In this document: positions 45,065 through 53,958 of the stretch, one piece after another
Layout of the letters: each line of letters starts with the position of its first letter
How positions within the stretch are numbered: position 1 is the stretch's first letter
NCBI GenBank assembly: GCA_012271015.1
Contig: JAAXHD010000105.1
Location: 5,417 to 69,416 of the forward strand
Length of the DNA stretch: 64,000 bases
Direction: 5' to 3'
Source: Candidatus Poribacteria bacterium
GTDB lineage: Bacteria; Poribacteria; WGA-4E; WGA-3G
Notes under the pieces: generated by a model
Seen by the model: the letters and a program-made list of their open reading frames with translations, nothing else
What the model was told of the DNA's origin: nothing
Database searches by the model: none
Program-made: the position numbers and the translations under genes

Positions 45065-47794
45065 TCACCGTTTTGACACACGATTGTAACTACCCATATT
45101 TAGTAGCAAATGACTTTTATCTTCACTCGCAAGCGAAGTAAAAAGCGATTTTGCCGCTGGATATGCAACTGCTGGGAGTATCTTATTTTTAAGAGTAAAC
45201 ATCAGTCGGTAGGTAATGATATTCTCAACCTGCCGATACTGTCGAGTAAATTCTGCACTCTCCATGGTATGATGGCTGTCTTCGGGCAAAGCGGCACTCC
45301 ATCCATCTGGAACCTGAATACGGATCGTTTTCTCCACTTGCGTTGGATACCCGAAGTCCAATGAATAGCCGCGCTGGTCGTTAGCAAACGCTTCAGCGTA
45401 CTCCCCGAATTCATCAATCGGTAAAGGCATCAACATGTTGTTGCTCAAAGGTGTCGCGTAATTCTCAACGCGAAAACCGAGTCTAATTTCCATTGGTACA
45501 TCGCGTTCACTGATATCCGACATCTCGTGCCATATTATCTGAATACCGGGAAATTGTTGGCTGAGTTCAGTTGCCAAAGTGTCTTTCACTGCACGAGGCT
45601 GTATCTGTTGATATGCCCACCGCGTATTTAGGTCATATTGCCCACTCGTCTGAACGTGGAGTGTCCCTTCCACAGTGCCTTGGTTGTTCAGGGTCAAATC
45701 TGTCGTACTCACGAGTCTATTGGATTCGGGTGGGAAAACAGGCGTTTCCACAAATTTACCGTGTGTATCGGAAATGAGAAATCCTGTGCGTCCTTGTGTG
45801 TTATAAGGCAGATCCCCGTAACTACAAGTCGCCGAGGTGGGATCTAACCAAATATAGGTATCTGACCCCGTAGGGATTGCGGCTATCATGTGATTAAATT
45901 GGTTAAGTGCCGGGAGTGCCGTATCAATTCGCTCGTAGGGTGCCATACTCATCATAACAGGGTAAGCTTTGATCCCAACCAGATCTAACATTGAAATCAA
46001 GAGTGTCGTTTTATCCTTGCAGTCGCCGTATTGCACTTGAAAGACTTCAGTGGCAGACGAAGGTTGATACGCACTCTGTCCAAGTTCAATACCAACGTAA
46101 CGGATATCTGCGGCGACGAAATGGTAGATGGCGCGTATCTTCGCTTCTTCTGTCGTCAGACTTTGGGTTAACTGCTGGACTTTTTCCTCAATCTTCGCAT
46201 CCGACGTGTATCTACCTTTCGCAAGTTGTTTATACCACATGTAAACATCGTTCCAGTCGGCAATAGAAGAGTAGCGCAAACGCGGAGCGATGTCATTAAT
46301 ATGTGGCATGCCTTCCTCTATCGCCAATGCAGGTGTCTCGCCGTACCTCCAAATATATACAACAGTGTCGTTTTCTGTATAAGACACCTCAGGGCTTTGT
46401 GTGCTTGTATTTAACGGGTCGTTGGCAATTTTCCACTGAAGATGCCACATCTCAGGTATTTGAAGGGCGTAACTTGTCTCAAGGGCAACCTCTGTTGACT
46501 GAAAATTGTAACCTCCTGTAATCCATGTTTCGCCTCCAGGGACTTTATCTTCAAGTGTTACCTGATACTCAACACAGACTCCCGGTGCGAGACCGACCAT
46601 AGAGATGACCTTCCACATCGCATCAGAATAGAGATTTTGGGACAATAGCCCTGGGGGTGTTGCGTCGTTAAATGCCTCATCAGGCGGGTACAGTACCGTG
46701 CCGTCTGTGGTAATCGTTCTTGCTATATTAACACCAATGTTTTGTGCTGTGGGTTGGTAAGGAATGGCAATATCCCCGTATTTTTGGATACCTCTTTCGG
46801 TGAGAATTTTAACGACCTGATGCGTTGTATAACGGGACTGTCCTGTCGGTAGGACATCGTGGCTGAAATGGTTGAAGAGGACTAAGGTATCCGCATCAGG
46901 ATAGTCGCTTGCGTCTGGGGCATTCGCGATAATGTGCTCAACATCTGGATTGAGAAGTGTAACGGGAGGCACATCAACAATTTCTGTCGGCTCCAAGTTT
47001 TGTCGAGCGAGTGCTTGGAGCCGTGTTAAAGCAAGGAGATTGTCTGGGTCACCTTCCAAAATCTGCTGGTATTGGAGCTGCGCCTCAAAGTAACGCTGCT
47101 GATTCTCATAAAGTGTGGCGAGTTGTTCTCTTGCCCAAACGTCGTTTGGAAATAACCGAATCGACTCCCGTAGTTCTGCAATGGCTTCACCTATTTCACC
47201 GCGTTCCAGGTAGATTAATCCCAAGTAGTTGTGTAAATTTTCGCTTTCAGGTCGTTCACATTTCGGATCATAAGACAATGCCTTGTGAAGCACCGAAATC
47301 GCCTCTTCAAAACGTTGTAGCTGCTTGTAAGCTAAACCGAGGTGATTCAAGGCGTAGAGATTATCCACTGAAACGTCAAGGACTCGTTCGTAGTACCCGG
47401 CGGCGGCTGTATAGTCATGCAATTTTTCAGAGATGTACCCTGCGTAGTTTAGAGCCGTAATATTTTTCGGTTCCAATGCCAAAAATGCTACAAATGCGTC
47501 TCGTGCGTTTTCATACTCTTCAAGTTGGAAATATATCTCAGCGATTTTGCGTTGTACGTGGCTTGCATCCGGACGAATTGCGACAGCGGTTTCGTAAGCG
47601 GTAAGCGCGGCTCGCCAGTTTTTGTGCTGTAGTTCAGTATTGCCAAGTTCAACCTGCTCGCGCCACTCGCGATTCCGTTCAATGAGTGGATCAACCGTCA
47701 AGGGAGTAGATGTACTTTTTTCAAAAATAGCACATCCACCGATAGTAAAAAGCAGAATTAAGACTAAAAGTACGTTGCCTCTATAGCGTATCAT
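45065..47794 (-). CDS. lipoprotein with N-terminal TPR repeats, a DUF3857-like domain and a transglutaminase-like cysteine protease core
   Basis: Lipobox FTIGGC. Several 34-residue TPR units follow. The transglutaminase core motif is YGDCKDKTTLLISMLDLVGIKAYPV. Confidence 0.7.
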   Translation of the reverse strand: MIRYRGNVLLVLILLFTIGGCAIFEKSTSTPLTVDPLIERNREWREQVELGNTELQHKNWRAALTAYETAVAIRPDASHVQRKIAEIYFQLEEYENARDAFVAFLALEPKNITALNYAGYISEKLHDYTAAAGYYERVLDVSVDNLYALNHLGLAYKQLQRFEEAISVLHKALSYDPKCERPESENLHNYLGLIYLERGEIGEAIAELRESIRLFPNDVWAREQLATLYENQQRYFEAQLQYQQILEGDPDNLLALTRLQALARQNLEPTEIVDVPPVTLLNPDVEHIIANAPDASDYPDADTLVLFNHFSHDVLPTGQSRYTTHQVVKILTERGIQKYGDIAIPYQPTAQNIGVNIARTITTDGTVLYPPDEAFNDATPPGLLSQNLYSDAMWKVISMVGLAPGVCVEYQVTLEDKVPGGETWITGGYNFQSTEVALETSYALQIPEMWHLQWKIANDPLNTSTQSPEVSYTENDTVVYIWRYGETPALAIEEGMPHINDIAPRLRYSSIADWNDVYMWYKQLAKGRYTSDAKIEEKVQQLTQSLTTEEAKIRAIYHFVAADIRYVGIELGQSAYQPSSATEVFQVQYGDCKDKTTLLISMLDLVGIKAYPVMMSMAPYERIDTALPALNQFNHMIAAIPTGSDTYIWLDPTSATCSYGDLPYNTQGRTGFLISDTHGKFVETPVFPPESNRLVSTTDLTLNNQGTVEGTLHVQTSGQYDLNTRWAYQQIQPRAVKDTLATELSQQFPGIQIIWHEMSDISERDVPMEIRLGFRVENYATPLSNNMLMPLPIDEFGEYAEAFANDQRGYSLDFGYPTQVEKTIRIQVPDGWSAALPEDSHHTMESAEFTRQYRQVENIITYRLMFTLKNKILPAVAYPAAKSLFTSLASEDKSHLLLNMGSYNRVSKR

Positions 47795-47813
47795 TGTCCG
47801 CCTCCTTCGGAGG

Positions 47814-48167
47814 TTAGGTGTCTGCCCCTCGGTTTTTCAGAAGTTTAGGATTTTTACTGTGACGTTCCTTATCTCGGCGTGTCTTTTTTTCCATTGATTT
47901 TTTGAATGCGTCTTCAAGTTTGATGCCTGTTTGATTCGCGAGACAGATAAGTACGAAAAGGATATCCGCCATCTCTTCTCCAAGATCCAAGTCCTTCTCA
48001 TTTTCCTTGAAACTCTGTTCCCCATACTGACGCGCCATAATTCGTGCTAATTCACCAACTTCTTCCATCAGGATAGTGGTATTGGTTAACTCTGAAAAAT
48101 AGCGAACTCCAAAAGTGCGAACCCAGTCGTCTACAAGTTTTTGACAATTTTCGAGTGTATAGTCCAT
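47814..48167 (-). CDS. MazG-family nucleotide pyrophosphohydrolase (small all-alpha type)
   Basis: LMEEVGELARI ... EEMADILFVLICLAN shows the EExxE/ExxD-type metal-binding helices of the MazG/YpjD-like family. 117 aa. Confidence 0.75.
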   Translation of the reverse strand: MDYTLENCQKLVDDWVRTFGVRYFSELTNTTILMEEVGELARIMARQYGEQSFKENEKDLDLGEEMADILFVLICLANQTGIKLEDAFKKSMEKKTRRDKERHSKNPKLLKNRGADT

Positions 48168-48348
48168 ATTAATTTTGGCTCCATTGATGATCTGTTCCGA
48201 CGACTTACGAGGCGCGCAACAGCATGCTTTGAAGGCATAGTAGTGTCTTCAAAGTAGTTAAGCGTAAATTTAACTCTTAATATTTTAACAAGATTTGTAG
48301 CAGAAGTAAACCTTTTTTTTCAAAGCGTGTTTAACCAGACAGTCAGAT

Positions 48349-48472
48349 CAGGGTCATTTAGTTTTCCAAAATTTTGGATTTTCGATTTTATCGGATCCGC
48401 TGTAGGGGGCGTACCCTCCTGATCGCGACTTTCCGCGTCAATCCGACAAAAACCTTAAAACTAAATAGCCCT
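48349..48472. mobile_element. MITE-like element, copy B, with terminal inverted repeats and an 11-bp direct target duplication
   Basis: Terminal inverted repeats are GGGTCATTTAGTTTT (48351-48365) and AAAACTAAATAGCCC (48459-48473). GACAGTCAGAT is repeated directly at 48338-48348 and 48473-48483. The interior is homologous to 39243-39343. Confidence 0.7.
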
Positions 48473-48492
48473 GACAGTCAGATGAAAATCCC

Positions 48493-48521
48493 TTGATTTT
48501 TCCGAACGCTTGGTGTATACT
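48493..48521 (+). promoter_or_regulatory. candidate sigma70-type promoter for the PhyH gene at 48623
   Basis: TTGATT at 48493-48498, a 17-nt spacer, then TATACT at 48516-48521. Confidence 0.4.
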
Positions 48522-48622
48522 TTAATACCATAATTTATTTAGGAGGCGACATCGGTACCATTTAGTTTGGTGAGCCAAAGCGTGAGGTTATGGTAGGCTA
48601 AATGGAATCAAGGAGAGGTTGT

Positions 48623-49363
48623 ATGGGACTCACGAGCAAAGAACAGCAGTTTTACATAGAAAACGGCTACTTCCTGAAAAAGGGGCTTGTCTCCTCAGAA
48701 GACATTGCGCGAATTGAGGAAGAGATTGAAGATATACACAACCGTATGGCAGAACAACCTGCTGACGGCATTGGAATTTCTTGGGAAGTCTACGATACGG
48801 AGGACCACCCGCCACGTATCAAACAATTGATGCACAGTGAGTTGGTGAGCTCGACGCTGAACCGTCTGCTGCGTTCTGACGCAGTGTTGGATATATTGGA
48901 AGTGTTGATGGGTAAAAATATATCGCTCTATCATAGCAAATTACTTCCAAAAGCGGGAGGCGATGGAACAGCCATCCCGTGGCATCAGGACTACGCCTAT
49001 TGGAAAAACGATGAGAACAAACCGGTTATGATTAATTGCCAACTGGCTGTCAGCGAGGCGAACCTTGAGAATGGGTGCATTCAGTTTGTACCCGGTAGCC
49101 ATAACTGGGGTTTACAAGAGCATGAACGGAAACATCAGACGTTTGGCGTGTTTCTACCCGGGCACTATCAAGAACGGGAAGATGCCGTTGCTGTGGAGAT
49201 GGAACCGGGGGACGGGGTCTTTTTTAATGCCCTGATTATTCACGGATCTGCCCCAAATAATTCGGCGAACGATCGGCTGATGAACACGTTTGCTTACAAT
49301 GTAACTGGAAACGGTGAGACCCAATGTCGGGAAGTCTTACGCGGGAAATCTCTTAGCACATGA
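48623..49363 (+). CDS. PhyH-family Fe(II)/2-oxoglutarate oxygenase
   Basis: FYIENGYF, IPWHQDYAYW (H-x-D) and ALIIHGSAPN. Start is set at ATG 48623, with AGGAGAG 5 nt upstream. Confidence 0.8.
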   Translation: MGLTSKEQQFYIENGYFLKKGLVSSEDIARIEEEIEDIHNRMAEQPADGIGISWEVYDTEDHPPRIKQLMHSELVSSTLNRLLRSDAVLDILEVLMGKNISLYHSKLLPKAGGDGTAIPWHQDYAYWKNDENKPVMINCQLAVSEANLENGCIQFVPGSHNWGLQEHERKHQTFGVFLPGHYQEREDAVAVEMEPGDGVFFNALIIHGSAPNNSANDRLMNTFAYNVTGNGETQCREVLRGKSLST

Positions 49364-50364
49364 AAAAAGTAACGGATGTCTGGAAAATTCTTTGGTTCTT
49401 GCTTATTAGTGTTGCGGTAGGTTGCGGCGGTGATGAAACCAGTGGTATAAACGTTGCACCACACATTCTGGTGTTTGAAGCAGAATCAGATATAGTTCCG
49501 CCAGGGGCAGAGGTGCCGATTCGACTGGAAGCCGCTGACCTTGAAGGACATTCCCTATCCTACACATGGAGCGTTACGGGTGGCGACCTAACAGAGAACG
49601 CCTCTGGTGCACTCTGGCGGGCTCCGCAAACTGAACGGAGGTACCAGATTGAAGTTACGGTCAGCGATGGGGAAAACACTACGAGAAGTACACTTGACAT
49701 CCAAGTGTGGCGAACCCGTCCCGGAGACTATTATCCGTTGGCTGTAGGGAATGTTTGGCACTACCGCGACACAAGCGGTGCTGAGATTACTTTCGAGATT
49801 GTGGATACCATCCAGATTCAACGCGCAGGTGGGGAAACTATCGAGAGTTTTGTCCTCCAGAAATCGAGTAAGGCTGAAGGTTTAGAGAATGTTGTAAACT
49901 ACTCTTACCTCGGAACGAGCCTTGATGAAAAGGGTGAGGTTTCAGCGGTTGTCCAGCACGCACAGAACACCACATCCGGCACAGGTGATACGATTCTGTT
50001 TGTGCCGTATCTCCCACTATACCAATTCCCACTCATTCCGGGCGAGAGGTGGGCGGTTAACTTTCAGGCACAATTAGTTCCCGAACTCTTTCCGCTTGGC
50101 GGTGGACTCGACGAATTTGAAGTGATTTCAGAAGAGACCGTGACCGTGCCAGCTGGAATTTTTGAACATGTCTTCCAAGTTCAGGAATCCTTTCAGTGGG
50201 GATTTGATATTGAAAATCAGAATGTTCCACTTGACATCACTGTCGTAAAAAAATGGGTTGCCCCGGATGTCGGGATTATCAAATTTACACAATCACAGAC
50301 TCGAGGTGATGTGACTGTTGATACGGTTTTTGAACTTGAGTCCTTTGAGTTAGTCGGAAATTAA
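49360..50364 (+). CDS. lipoprotein of unknown function with an N-terminal Ig-like (PKD-like) module
   Basis: Lipobox VAVGC. SLSYTWSVTGG...YQIEVTVSDGEN resembles a PKD/Ig-like repeat. The ATGA start overlaps the upstream stop codon. Confidence 0.55.
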   Translation: MKKVTDVWKILWFLLISVAVGCGGDETSGINVAPHILVFEAESDIVPPGAEVPIRLEAADLEGHSLSYTWSVTGGDLTENASGALWRAPQTERRYQIEVTVSDGENTTRSTLDIQVWRTRPGDYYPLAVGNVWHYRDTSGAEITFEIVDTIQIQRAGGETIESFVLQKSSKAEGLENVVNYSYLGTSLDEKGEVSAVVQHAQNTTSGTGDTILFVPYLPLYQFPLIPGERWAVNFQAQLVPELFPLGGGLDEFEVISEETVTVPAGIFEHVFQVQESFQWGFDIENQNVPLDITVVKKWVAPDVGIIKFTQSQTRGDVTVDTVFELESFELVGN

Positions 50365-50368
50365 ATTT

Positions 50369-51388
50369 GTGAAGAATACAACAAAAAAACCAGAAATTTT
50401 AACCTCGACTGTCGGCTCTTATCCTGTACCGGCATGGCTCCTGTCAATGCCAACAGAGCAGACACTGCTTGATGCAACGCGGGTTGTCGTAGACATTCAG
50501 CGGCAGCGGGGTATTGATCTACCAACAGATGGCGAACTCTACCGCTTTGATGCCAACCACCCAGATACCAACGGAATGATTGATTATTTCATCCGTCCGC
50601 TTTCTGGTGTGAGAGCTGAAGTGGGGAGGCAGGAATGGCATGAATTTCGGCAGATGCAAACGATGTCGTTCCGTGCCAAACCGGCAGGGGTCGTTGAGAA
50701 TGCCCTCGGAGAAGGCACGTTAAACCTCGTTTCTGATTGCGAGCGCGCGGTGAGTGTTTCTGGAAAGGACATCAAATTTACGGTAACGAGTCCTTACATG
50801 CTCGCACGGACGCTGTTGGATAAATATTACGGCGACTTTGATGCCCTGCTGACCGCTTTAGCAGAAGTGTTAGCGACACAGGTCCGAGAACTGGATTGTG
50901 CCTGTCTTCAAATTGATGAGGCGAATATACCGGGCAATCCACAAGATGGACCTCGCGCTGCTGAGGCGATTAATATTGTCCTTGACGCTTTTAGCGGGGA
51001 GAAAGCAGTCCATTTCTGTTTTGGCAACTACGGTGGTCAGGTGATCCAAAAAGGGAACTGGAGTGCCCTGGTGGACTTCTTGAACACGCTCCGATGCGAC
51101 CACTTGGTTTTGGAACTGAAACATCGTCCTGAGGCAGACCTTGAGGCACTCAGGGAAGTTAGATCAGATATCGTGCTCGGTATTGGGGTGATTGATGTGA
51201 AGGTCAATCCGATTGAGACCCCGGATGACGTGGCAGCCAGTATCGAGATAGCTGAAAAGATATTGGGGGCCGGACGGATTGGCTGGGTGCATCCCGATTG
51301 TGGCTTTTGGATGCTCCAACGCTCTGTGGTCGATCGAAAGATAGAGGCACTTGTACAAGGCAGAGATAAGTATTTGGGACTTACCTAA
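50369..51388 (+). CDS. cobalamin-independent methionine synthase (MetE C-terminal domain)-like protein
   Basis: 339 aa. DGELYR near the N-terminus, HFCFGNYGG and WVHPDCGFW near the C-terminus fit the Zn-binding His/Cys motifs of the MetE-like/UROD superfamily. The start is GTG. Confidence 0.55.
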   Translation: MKNTTKKPEILTSTVGSYPVPAWLLSMPTEQTLLDATRVVVDIQRQRGIDLPTDGELYRFDANHPDTNGMIDYFIRPLSGVRAEVGRQEWHEFRQMQTMSFRAKPAGVVENALGEGTLNLVSDCERAVSVSGKDIKFTVTSPYMLARTLLDKYYGDFDALLTALAEVLATQVRELDCACLQIDEANIPGNPQDGPRAAEAINIVLDAFSGEKAVHFCFGNYGGQVIQKGNWSALVDFLNTLRCDHLVLELKHRPEADLEALREVRSDIVLGIGVIDVKVNPIETPDDVAASIEIAEKILGAGRIGWVHPDCGFWMLQRSVVDRKIEALVQGRDKYLGLT

Positions 51389-51419
51389 CGAAAATGGATG
51401 TAGAAACAAAAGGACACAG

Positions 51420-51701
51420 ATGTTTGAAGTTCAACTGCCGATGTTAAAAAAATTTCAGAACGTTGCTGGTGCTGCTGCGGGAATAGGGTTCATACTTGGC
51501 ACGCTGGTTCCTGTCGTGGCTATTTTTATTTTAGGCTGGCAGTGTCCGTTTGGCGATGGAATTCTTCGGATCGGTAGTTTTTTGGTAATTGCAGGGTTTG
51601 GAAGTGCCATTATTTTCGGTAATATTGTTGCTCTCGCTCTCATCGGTCTTGCGAAATATCGCCAGATACTATCCAATTCATCAAAAAAGAGGAAATTATA
51701 G
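51420..51701 (+). CDS. small membrane protein (2-3 TM segments), unknown function
   Basis: 93-aa product with hydrophobic segments (AAGIGFILGTLVPVVAIFILG, FLVIAGFGSAIIFGNIVALALIGL). Codon usage looks like that of its neighbours, but there are no recognisable motifs. Confidence 0.4.
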   Translation: MFEVQLPMLKKFQNVAGAAAGIGFILGTLVPVVAIFILGWQCPFGDGILRIGSFLVIAGFGSAIIFGNIVALALIGLAKYRQILSNSSKKRKL

Positions 51702-51710
51702 GGGAATAAA

Positions 51711-52481
51711 GTGGAATTCAATTTTTTGCATGTCCTCTTGCTGTTTGGTACAGGTATTGCGGCGGGTTTTTTAAACACAGTAGCTTTCGGTGGCTCACTG
51801 CTTGCCCTACCTGTGCTCATCTTCCTTGGACTCCCCACCGCTGTAGCAAACGGGACCAACAGAATCGCCATTCTCTGCCAAAACTTCAGCGCCATTATGG
51901 GCTTTCGCCGTAAAGGGGTCTCTGATTTTAACTACAGCATCCTACTCGCCATACCCGCGGTTATTGGTGCCGTGATAGGTGCCACAATCGCGGTTGACAT
52001 TAAGGACGCAGTATTTAACCTAATCCTTGCTGTTGTGATGATTACCATGCTGGTTTTAACACTCATCAACCCAACAGAGCGGTTAAAGGACAGGATTGAG
52101 AGCAAAGATACGCGTTCTAAGATCATCGCAATGGTTGTTTTCTTCTTTATCGGAATTTATGGTGGGTTCATCCAAGCTGGCGTAGGCTTGCTTGTTATAA
52201 CCGCGCTGCGTCTTCTTACGGGTATAGACTTAGTTCGGACGAATGCGATTAAAGTTTTTGTTATCTTTTTTTACACCGTGGTCGCGCTCGGTATTTTTAT
52301 CATAAAAGACAAAGTCAATTGGTATTTGGGACCAACATTGGCAATTGGCAACGCGTGCGGCGCATGGCTTGGAAGCCATTGGGCAGTTGAAAAAGGTGAT
52401 AAGTGGATTAAAGTGGTGCTGATTGTCGCTGTTCTGGCTTTCGCCATCCGTCTCGTTTGGATGAGCGTGAGTGGAGGTTAG
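51711..52481 (+). CDS. TauE/SafE-family sulfite/anion exporter
   Basis: 256 aa with about 8 TM segments. GFLNTVAFGGSLLALPVLIFLGLP..VANGTNR and a second internal repeat are typical of TauE/SafE. Confidence 0.7.
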   Translation: MEFNFLHVLLLFGTGIAAGFLNTVAFGGSLLALPVLIFLGLPTAVANGTNRIAILCQNFSAIMGFRRKGVSDFNYSILLAIPAVIGAVIGATIAVDIKDAVFNLILAVVMITMLVLTLINPTERLKDRIESKDTRSKIIAMVVFFFIGIYGGFIQAGVGLLVITALRLLTGIDLVRTNAIKVFVIFFYTVVALGIFIIKDKVNWYLGPTLAIGNACGAWLGSHWAVEKGDKWIKVVLIVAVLAFAIRLVWMSVSGG

Positions 52482-53101
52482 CGACTCAACTCTTGATAGG
52501 AAAAGATGAGGCGGTGGATAGCGGTAATGTGTGAGGTGAGTGTGAGTATACCAAGTGTACAGAGTAAAATCATGCCTGTACTTTCGAGGAAGGAATACTT
52601 GTGTAAGAGTGCCCCTTGTAGCACAGTCCCAGCACCGAGTAAAATAATGCGCTCTGGTCGTTGCATGAGTCCTACCTTGCAGGTCACCTGAAGTCCCTCG
52701 GCTCTTGCTCTTACATAACTGACGAGTATTGAACCAAACCATGCACTGAAGGCGAGAATTACCCCGAGTAGACTTTCCAAACTGTAAAAGTAGATGAGGG
52801 CTCCAAGGAGAAGAAACCCTTCCGAGTATCGATCAATGACGGAGTCCAAGAGTGCGCCCGATGCGCGTGGGTTCCTCTGTGCGCGCGCCACTGCCCCGTC
52901 TATCATATCAAAGCTTCCCCCAAACAGAATCAAGATCCCACCGGTGACAAGACGACCTGTTGCAAAGTAAAAGGCCGCGATGAGGTTCACGACCAATCCG
53001 AAGAGTGTCACCATATTCGCTGTAATACCGATTGCAACCATTTTATTTGCCACGACAGACAGAATAATTTCAAGCCGGGGTTTCAATTTCGCTTCAAACA
53101 T
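52478..53101 (-). CDS. CDP-alcohol phosphatidyltransferase family protein
   Basis: DMIDGAVARAQRNPRASGALLDSVIDR matches D-x2-D-G-x2-A-R-x8-G-x3-D-x3-D exactly. Confidence 0.75.
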   Translation of the reverse strand: MFEAKLKPRLEIILSVVANKMVAIGITANMVTLFGLVVNLIAAFYFATGRLVTGGILILFGGSFDMIDGAVARAQRNPRASGALLDSVIDRYSEGFLLLGALIYFYSLESLLGVILAFSAWFGSILVSYVRARAEGLQVTCKVGLMQRPERIILLGAGTVLQGALLHKYSFLESTGMILLCTLGILTLTSHITAIHRLIFSYQELSR

Positions 53102-53164
53102 TCTTTAATTGTTCCTTGCGGTTCGGTCAGGTCGATCTCGGAAACGAAAGACTTCTCCGTAGAG

Positions 53165-53192
53165 CTAGGGGAAATGCCCAAGCAAAAACCCC
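53165..53192. repeat. 24-nt core repeat (plus orientation)
   Basis: CTAGGGGAAATGCCCAAGCAAAAACCC is preceded by TCCGTAGAG, as in the copy at 27406-27440. Confidence 0.6.
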
Positions 53193-53249
53193 TCCACTAC
53201 GCTACGGGCTACACGCGCTTTATAACTCTCATTGAGAGGGTACTGACAA

Positions 53250-53867
53250 TCATTTCCTGCCTTTCGCTGCGACCCGTAAGGACTTTTGCCGATTTTTGAC
53301 TAATTCTGAGGCAGGAATCGGTTCTACTTGACAGAGGAGTTCCAAAATTGCGGATTCAATGTCCATTGGGTGCTGTGCGATTTTCACTTTCTCGTGTTCA
53401 GAAAATTGGGCATCCGGTGGTGTCACGAGTACAACCCCATCGCTCCATATAAGCTCTGGATACGCGTAAGTGCTGTCATAAGCTTCATCGAAAATTGTGA
53501 TGATAGGGTGCGGCAATTTTAGCAATTCCAATTCAGCGTTCTGAATTGCCTGTGCACAATCTAACGAGGTTCGACGTTGGACGGTAGCAATGTGTACAAC
53601 AGGCAGATTCCACAAAACAATAGGCTTTTTGAGGCGATGCGCCAATGTCGTTAGCCGTAGAAAACATCGCCACTCCGCAGCACCCTTCAGGCTTTGTGCA
53701 TCGCCTTGTATCAGGACGACTCTGGTGTCGTGTATCCACGCGAGACCGGCGAACCCAAATGTTCCCTTACTCCCGGCTCTATCGCCGTAAAGTTTGATTG
53801 CCTGAGTAAAGGGCGGTGTTTTTGCTTGGGTGTTTCCCCTAGGATATTTAGCGATACTTGATGACAT
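53250..53867 (-). CDS. degenerate, N-terminally truncated AccA-like (carboxyltransferase alpha / crotonase-fold) protein
   Basis: Collinear by eye with E. coli AccA as I remember it: GDRAGSKGTFGFAGLAWIHDTRVVLIQG vs [28 protein letters not shown], and RLTTLAHRLKKPIVLW vs RLMQMAERFKMPIITF. Where AccA has IGEGGSGGALA this protein has FDEAYDSTYAYP. The start is uncertain, because ATG 53867 lies upstream of a repeat core. Confidence 0.4.
   Translation of the reverse strand: MSSSIAKYPRGNTQAKTPPFTQAIKLYGDRAGSKGTFGFAGLAWIHDTRVVLIQGDAQSLKGAAEWRCFLRLTTLAHRLKKPIVLWNLPVVHIATVQRRTSLDCAQAIQNAELELLKLPHPIITIFDEAYDSTYAYPELIWSDGVVLVTPPDAQFSEHEKVKIAQHPMDIESAILELLCQVEPIPASELVKNRQKSLRVAAKGRK
53815..53842. repeat. 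24-nt core repeat (minus orientation)
   Basis: GGTGTTTTTGCTTGGGTGTTTCCCCTAG is the reverse complement of CTAGGGGAAACACCCAAGCAAAAACACC. It is inverted relative to the copy at 53165-53192. Confidence 0.6.
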
Positions 53868-53958
53868 ATACCCAGGACCTTGATTAATAGCGAATTGTAT
53901 AAAAAAGGCAGGGAGGTGCATGAAACACGCTCCCTGCCTAAAAGGTGATGGGTTTCGC

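Noticed and set aside
51455-51895. 146-aa ORF antisense to the small membrane protein and the TauE start.
   Set aside because: It is a shadow ORF. The sense-strand genes have coherent TM patterns, whereas the antisense product is Pro/Ala/Lys-rich and has no RBS.
52230-52742. 170-aa minus-strand ORF spanning the end of the TauE gene and the end of the CDP-alcohol transferase gene.
   Set aside because: It overlaps two well-supported genes in other frames, and its product is compositionally odd (rich in His, Thr and Arg).
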